This document shows, in pieces, positions 37,908 to 42,260 of a stretch of 42,260 nt of DNA (position 1 is its first letter; the number at the start of each line of letters is the position of its first letter). Source of the DNA: a virus. Taxonomy: Duplodnaviria > Caudoviricetes. The stretch covers positions 1-42,260 of IMG/VR virus record IMGVR_UViG_3300005805_000161. The stretch is one strand, 5' to 3'. The notes beneath the pieces are model-generated. The model was not told the origin of the DNA. It did not search any database and saw nothing but the letters and a program-made list of their open reading frames with translations. The position numbers and the translations under genes are program-made.

Positions 37908-37935
37908 GCAACTGTCTGTTCCTGTATAATTGCAA

Positions 37936-38182
37936 TAGCTAGGCGCTGGTCAGCCGAACGCACCACGGCTACGAGAGAAAGCCGGTGTCCTAGCTCCAAG
38001 ACGCATGACCATTGCTGGACGCGAGAGCGCAAAGCGGACTAACCCAGAACCGGAAAGCCAAGGAGCACGCGGCCACCTTGGTAGGCAAGACGGGGAAAGT
38101 GCAGTGGTCAGCCGTGTTGATGTAACCGAGTGTGGATGCACGGCGCTACGTCGATGACACCCCGGAAAGACGGGGACTTGCA
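37936..38182 (+). ncRNA. candidate structured ncRNA (~250 nt)
   Basis: TATAAT at 37925-37930; helices AGCTAGG/CCTAGCT, TGACCATTGC/GCAGTGGTCA, CCAAGG/CCTTGG, GCCGTG/CACGGC, CCCCG/CGGGG. Confidence 0.5.
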
Positions 38183-38256
38183 TAGATTCTGTTCCTGTCC
38201 TATCATTCGGGCTGTCAGAGGTGGCACTCTGTCATGCCTTGTCAGGGCAAATAAGT

Positions 38257-38400
38257 AACCCCAGTCAGTTTAGGTGGGGCATGTGTAGTTCAGTCGTATG
38301 TTCTCTGCACAACAGTAGAGATAAGTCCCTGACAGGATATGACTGAGTTGCCCATGCCAACGGGCCATGCCCCACCTAAGTTGTCTGGGGTTTTTCTTTT
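38257..38400 (+). repeat. long inverted repeat ending in a U-tract (structured RNA/terminator)
   Basis: TTAGGTGGGGCATG (38270-38283) / CATGCCCCACCTAA (38366-38379), extended by AACCCCAG/CTGGGGTT and then TTTCTTTT. Confidence 0.7.
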
Positions 38401-38717
38401 GGTGCTCTGACCGCACCTACCGCGATAGTCAGAGAGCCTGCATGGGCTGCCGTAGAGAGAACACTGGCCGAGGTCTCACCCGCCTGCGCGCCACGCCACC
38501 TGTCAGTGAGGGATGGCACAAGAGGGAAGGGCCAGTGGTGAGACATACCTTCCATCGAGATAATCGCTGCCTTCTGGGACAGCTAGGCCGCTGGGCACGA
38601 TCAGCAGGCTGGGCAGGGCAGATACCCCATCGAGTGCTTCGCATAGGTGGTGGGCTATCACCCATGGGGAACCTAAGAGCGGGGATGTGTTGCATAGCTG
38701 TTGACGGGAACAATGTA

Positions 38718-38746
38718 TTGACATATCCTAGATGTAGAGGTACAGT
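38718..38746 (+). promoter_or_regulatory. rightward sigma70-type promoter
   Basis: TTGACA-17 bp-TACAGT, then GGAGG RBS and ATG 38770. Confidence 0.8.
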
Positions 38747-38761
38747 GGAATCTAGATATAG
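38728..38761. promoter_or_regulatory. two operator-like boxes (CTAGATGTAG, CTAGATATAG)
   Basis: Same motif and 24-bp spacing as at the leftward promoter. Confidence 0.6.
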
Positions 38762-38769
38762 GAGGGGGT

Positions 38770-38961
38770 ATGGACTACGAACCACCAATGTGGGCAGAGG
38801 CAAGGGCAAACCGGAATATTTATGTGACCGAGGATCTGGCAAGGGCGGCAGAGCTGGAGGCATTGCGTGTTCATGAGCGCGAGCGGGCGGCCATGATTTG
38901 CCACGCTTGCAGGGATTTACCGCCGGAGGAGATTGCGGAAAGAATTTTGGGTAGGAACTAA
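38770..38961 (+). CDS. small hypothetical protein (ERERAA family)
   Basis: First gene after the promoter; strong RBS. Confidence 0.75.
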   Translation: MDYEPPMWAEARANRNIYVTEDLARAAELEALRVHERERAAMICHACRDLPPEEIAERILGRN

Positions 38962-38963
38962 TC

Positions 38964-39018
38964 GGCTGGGCGAGCTTAGGCGAGCAGAGGTAAGGCCGGG
39001 TAGGGTGTGGTGTGGTTT
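38964..39018 (+). repeat. orphan GGY-NN pentamer unit (11 pentamers)
   Basis: ggctg ggcga gctta ggcga gcaga ggtaa ggccg ggtag ggtgt ggtgt ggttt; 9 of 11 begin with GGY. Confidence 0.8.
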
Positions 39019-39039
39019 TTTTAACTTAGGAGAGTGATC

Positions 39040-39705
39040 ATGGATATGAAGGTCAAGGAAACATCAGTAGTTATTTCAGCGCCCAAGTTCAACACCGTGG
39101 AGGTGCTGCTGCGCGGCACTGCGCCGTTGGTGGTGGCACGGTTTTCCAAGAAGGCAGAGCTGATGGCCAAGATGGCTGAAGGCAGCAGCGCCAAGAGCAA
39201 GAAAGAGCGCATCGCTCGTGACTATGACAAAGAGGCAGAGGCTGCTCGCTACCGCGCACCAGAGGGCTGGGAAGGTGTCAATGCCGCGGCCTTCCGTGCT
39301 GGCATGATCAGCGCCTGCCGACTGGTGGGATTCAAGATGACGCTGGCCAAGCTGTCAGTTTTCATCGAAGCCGATGGTTTTGATCTCCAGGATGGCATCC
39401 CGCTTGTGCGCGTGTACGGCAAGTCAGAGACCTTCACGGCACACACCCGCAACGCAACTGGCGTGGTGGATGTACGCAGCCGCCCGATGTACCGGGACTG
39501 GGCTATCAAGCTGCGCGTTCGGTTTGATGCTGACCAGTTCAACGCACAGGATGTGTACAACCTGATCGCCCGTGTCGGTGGCCAGGTCGGTCTGTGCGAG
39601 GGCCGTCCCGATTCCAAGTCCAGCGCAGGCTGCGGCTTCGGTACGTTCGAGGTTGTTCCTAACGACGAACAGAAGGAAGTGTTCAAGAAGTTCGGCATCA
39701 AGTAA
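39040..39705 (+). CDS. solo RAMP/Cas7-like RNA-binding protein (Vipr-like)
   Basis: N-terminal V.LRGTAPL strand, AAAFRAGM helix, RP...W...L.V.F and C-terminal Gly-rich loop VGLCEGRP...GFGTFEV; AGGAGAG RBS; no other cas genes nearby. Confidence 0.75.
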   Translation: MDMKVKETSVVISAPKFNTVEVLLRGTAPLVVARFSKKAELMAKMAEGSSAKSKKERIARDYDKEAEAARYRAPEGWEGVNAAAFRAGMISACRLVGFKMTLAKLSVFIEADGFDLQDGIPLVRVYGKSETFTAHTRNATGVVDVRSRPMYRDWAIKLRVRFDADQFNAQDVYNLIARVGGQVGLCEGRPDSKSSAGCGFGTFEVVPNDEQKEVFKKFGIK

Positions 39706-39708
39706 CCA

Positions 39709-40195
39709 GGCAGGTATCGTCCGGCTGGGCGGCGCACGGCGCCGTTCGGCACGGTGTGGCATGGCAGGTCCGTCTGGGCAGCGCTGGGCCAGGCTTGATT
39801 GGGTGTGTTTTGGTACGGCAGGTTTGGCGCGGACCGGCGTGTTCTGGCCGCATCCGGCCCGGCTGGGCAAGGTATGGCAGGTAAGGCACGGATCGTTCAG
39901 CACCGGTTGCGTACGGTCTGGTGAGGCAGGTCGGGAGGGGCTTGGTAGGCTCGGGAAGGGTCTGGTGAGGCAGGTATGGTGTGGACTCGTGTGCATCGGT
40001 TCGATGGGGCTGGGCAGCGCAGGTCAGCTCAGGCGAGGTTTGTCGGAGTATGGTGCGGAGCGGCAGGTATGTTTGGGCCTGGTGTGCTTCGGTGCGGAGG
40101 GTTGGGCAGGTGAGGCGTGTTGGGGCTTGGTAACGCAAGGTAAGGTGTCGCAGGAGTGGTTTGGAATCGTGGGTGTGGACAGGTAACGCAGGTAA
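39709..40195 (+). ncRNA. GGY-NN pentamer array of 10 units (putative guide-RNA array, VIPR-like)
   Basis: (G/C)GCA-GG delimiters at 39709, 39763, 39817, 39876, 39925, 39969, 40018, 40062, 40105, 40149, 40187, with 5-nt periodicity between them. Confidence 0.85.
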
Positions 40196-40211
40196 CTTTT
40201 AAGGAGAGATC

Positions 40212-40703
40212 ATGGAGATTCAAAAGGCAGAGCAGTACGCAGCGGAGCGGGCGATATTGGAAAAGCTGGCCAAGCAGAATGATGGATTGCTGCTGGTCGA
40301 TGCAGTGCTGGAGGAGGCAAAGGATCCCAGGTCAGTCCTGCACAAACATTTCCAGTGGGATGATGACAAGGCCGCAGAAGCCTATCGCAAGCATCAGGCA
40401 CGGCAACTGATCCAGAAGTGCACAGTCACGGTAGAGAAAGCCCCTGACGTAGCTATCCGCGCGTTCGTCAGCCTGTCCACAGATCAGTACGAGGGCGGCG
40501 GGTATCGCATGACGGCAACAGTCCTGTCAGATGACAACCTCAAAGCCCAGCTCCTGCACGACATGCAACTAGCCATCGTCAAGTGGAAGAAGCAAGTCAA
40601 CTTACTGGACACAGAGACAGAGGAAGTGCTCAACAGACTGGAAGACATTGTGACTAGGAATGTCAGCGACCGCAGGAAGAAACATGATCAGCAGGTGGCG
40701 TAA
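40212..40703 (+). CDS. hypothetical protein, candidate accessory of the RAMP/array locus
   Basis: AAGGAGAG RBS right after the array; V.EEAKDPRSVLHKHFQWDDDKAAEAYR..QARQLI. Confidence 0.8.
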   Translation: MEIQKAEQYAAERAILEKLAKQNDGLLLVDAVLEEAKDPRSVLHKHFQWDDDKAAEAYRKHQARQLIQKCTVTVEKAPDVAIRAFVSLSTDQYEGGGYRMTATVLSDDNLKAQLLHDMQLAIVKWKKQVNLLDTETEEVLNRLEDIVTRNVSDRRKKHDQQVA

Positions 40704-41818
40704 TGATCCAGTTCAACAGATACAGATTGCCCGACGAGACCGATGACTTCCACATCCGGTTCATCGCGTTAGTCAACAGCATCATCCATGAGCTGCCGGG
40801 CGACATGAAGGGCAGCATGGACAAGCTGCGTGAGCTGTCACACAGATACCCGCTGAACGACCGGCTGCCAGCGGTGGCGGCCAGGCTATTCTTCTGGGGC
40901 AAGGTGGCATGGGATGACATCAAGGACATCCTGCCGGCAGAACTACCGGCCACGTTCTTTTACAAGCAGGAGATCGTCGGCTGCTTGGGATACGAGCGGG
41001 CATGGCGCAGGTACGGGATAGGTGAAGACCAGTGGAATCTTTACCAAGGCATGGATACCTACCTACCCCACGGTCATCAACCCAGCAGCGTGGTCTGTTA
41101 CCAGCCGCGCAGCAGCGGGTTCTTCTCTGTCATCGAGAACATCATCGCCGCTGACATTGCCGCCAGCATCGAGGGCTACGAGATGATCATCGACTTGTCC
41201 GGCAACTGGTGGGGATATGACGAGCCGTTCGAGGACATCTTCGGCGACCTGTTCCAGTACACCAAGGACGGCGTGCTGCCCAAGATGAACTTCGATGCCA
41301 TGCGCAAGATCTGGATGACGCCGACAGACACCACGGCAGCCTTGTTGTCCACCATGAAAGCCAACTGGTACAACCATATCTACCAGTCGATCGCAGCCTA
41401 CGCGCCCGAGGTCAAGGGCATAGATAACTGCGGCGTGGTGTTTGTACGCGGCGGTGACAAGCTACAGACAGAGACCATCATGTCGCCTACCGGCCTGATC
41501 AGGCGGGACGTAAAGATGATGGAGCGGCTATGCCAGCAGAGATATGTACTGTCCGATGACAAGGACGTAGGTGAGCGTATCGCAGGGCTGGATGGGTACT
41601 TGATCGACCGCAGCCATCAGGTTGAGGGCGGGTATCATCATCAGCCCGGCCGCAAGACCAGTTGCATGAACATCCTCGGCAACTATTTGGCCATGGTCGA
41701 GGCCAAGATTAACTTCTCTTGCCCGTCAGCCAACCTTGTCAACGCGGCACAGTGGACGCGCAACGATGACGAGAACTACAGCCAAGCCAACCCTGTCTAT
41801 AGGTATCTGCTGATATGA
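40703..41818 (+). CDS. fucosyltransferase-like protein (GT23/NodZ-type GT-B)
   Basis: GFFSVIENI; VFVRGGDK (cf. motif I H-I-R-R-G-D-K); YVLSDD (motif II); CPSAN (motif III-like). Confidence 0.6.
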   Translation: MIQFNRYRLPDETDDFHIRFIALVNSIIHELPGDMKGSMDKLRELSHRYPLNDRLPAVAARLFFWGKVAWDDIKDILPAELPATFFYKQEIVGCLGYERAWRRYGIGEDQWNLYQGMDTYLPHGHQPSSVVCYQPRSSGFFSVIENIIAADIAASIEGYEMIIDLSGNWWGYDEPFEDIFGDLFQYTKDGVLPKMNFDAMRKIWMTPTDTTAALLSTMKANWYNHIYQSIAAYAPEVKGIDNCGVVFVRGGDKLQTETIMSPTGLIRRDVKMMERLCQQRYVLSDDKDVGERIAGLDGYLIDRSHQVEGGYHHQPGRKTSCMNILGNYLAMVEAKINFSCPSANLVNAAQWTRNDDENYSQANPVYRYLLI

Positions 41819-41925
41819 GCTTCATTATCCATACCAAATCTTTCCTGCTGGGCATGGTGTTCGCGTGGGTCGCCAGCTATGCGTTAGCAGCTTTGTATGA
41901 ACTGATAACGGGGAACGACAAATGA
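41815..41925 (+). CDS. tiny membrane peptide (36 aa)
   Basis: ATGA overlaps at both ends; hydrophobic core. Confidence 0.5.
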   Translation: MSFIIHTKSFLLGMVFAWVASYALAALYELITGNDK

Positions 41926-42185
41926 GCAAATGGATTGTTCACACAAAAGGCGGGTACACAACAGATTATTTTGAGATTTGCGTATTGCTGTCAGACAACA
42001 AACACGGCAAACAATCTTACGGTTGGTACGGCGAAGACAAAATCTATATCAGTGATTCTGGTGGTCCATGTCATCACAAGATTGCAAGCAAGATGATATG
42101 GGATGGGTTAGTTGAGTTGGCGCACAAAGTGGCAGATAAGATGAATGAGGAAACCAAACTTAGGGGAAAGAATGGAAACCTTTGA
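41922..42185 (+). CDS. hypothetical protein
   Basis: 87-aa ORF in the operon. Confidence 0.7.
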   Translation: MSKWIVHTKGGYTTDYFEICVLLSDNKHGKQSYGWYGEDKIYISDSGGPCHHKIASKMIWDGLVELAHKVADKMNEETKLRGKNGNL

Positions 42186-42260
42186 GCTACTTACATTTGT
42201 CGGTGGCCTACTCATCGGCATGGGTACGTTGTTATTTATCTTCGCGGCAGCAGTCGCATA
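42172..42260 (+). CDS. 5' part of a truncated membrane protein
   Basis: METFELLTFVGGLLIGMGTLLFIFAAAV... is open to the window end. Confidence 0.55.
   Translation, partial: METFELLTFVGGLLIGMGTLLFIFAAAVA

Noticed and set aside
37680-38700. tRNA genes
   Set aside because: No cloverleaf with a GTTCRA T-loop was found by eye.
38367-38876. 169-aa and 144-aa ORFs
   Set aside because: They span a terminator, promoter and operator boxes, have atypical composition and lack an RBS.
39709-40195. Canonical CRISPR array
   Set aside because: The only constant element is ~7 nt (GGCAGGT). There are no 23-47-nt identical repeats, and the intervening sequence is itself periodic.
39424-40410. ORFs overlapping the array (39424-39996, 39572-40186, 39698-40138, 40029-40223, 40156-40410)
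   Set aside because: Low-complexity G/R/W or P/T/H translations without RBS; by-products of a stop-poor G-rich repeat.

Overview
A 42-kb segment of a tailed dsDNA phage, probably podovirus-like with internal/ejection proteins. No capsid, terminase or integrase is in the window. Bases 1-24970 (+) are a late operon: head-tail and tail proteins, Gly-rich fibre-like proteins, two 2OG-Fe(II) oxygenases, a holin-like gene and GH19 endolysin, a P22 gp10-like protein, putative ejection proteins and a 2007-aa polyvalent protein. Bases 24945-37623 (-) are an early/middle operon with an ERF/exonuclease recombination module and a sugar cluster (RfbH/E1 dehydrase, split ThDP enzyme, NAD-dependent epimerase/reductase, several glycosyltransferases). 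Bases 37630-38765 are a divergent control region with two sigma70 promoters, four shared pseudo-palindromic boxes and several structured ncRNA candidates. The most striking element is at 38964-40703: a solo RAMP/Cas7-like gene followed at once by a ~490-nt non-coding array. The array has 10 units delimited by (G/C)GCA, each a run of 5-nt GGY-NN pentamers; an orphan unit lies upstream and a candidate partner gene downstream. It looks like a non-CRISPR, RNA-guided programmable-repeat system (VIPR-like). All protein assignments come from motif recognition by eye, with no database searches.
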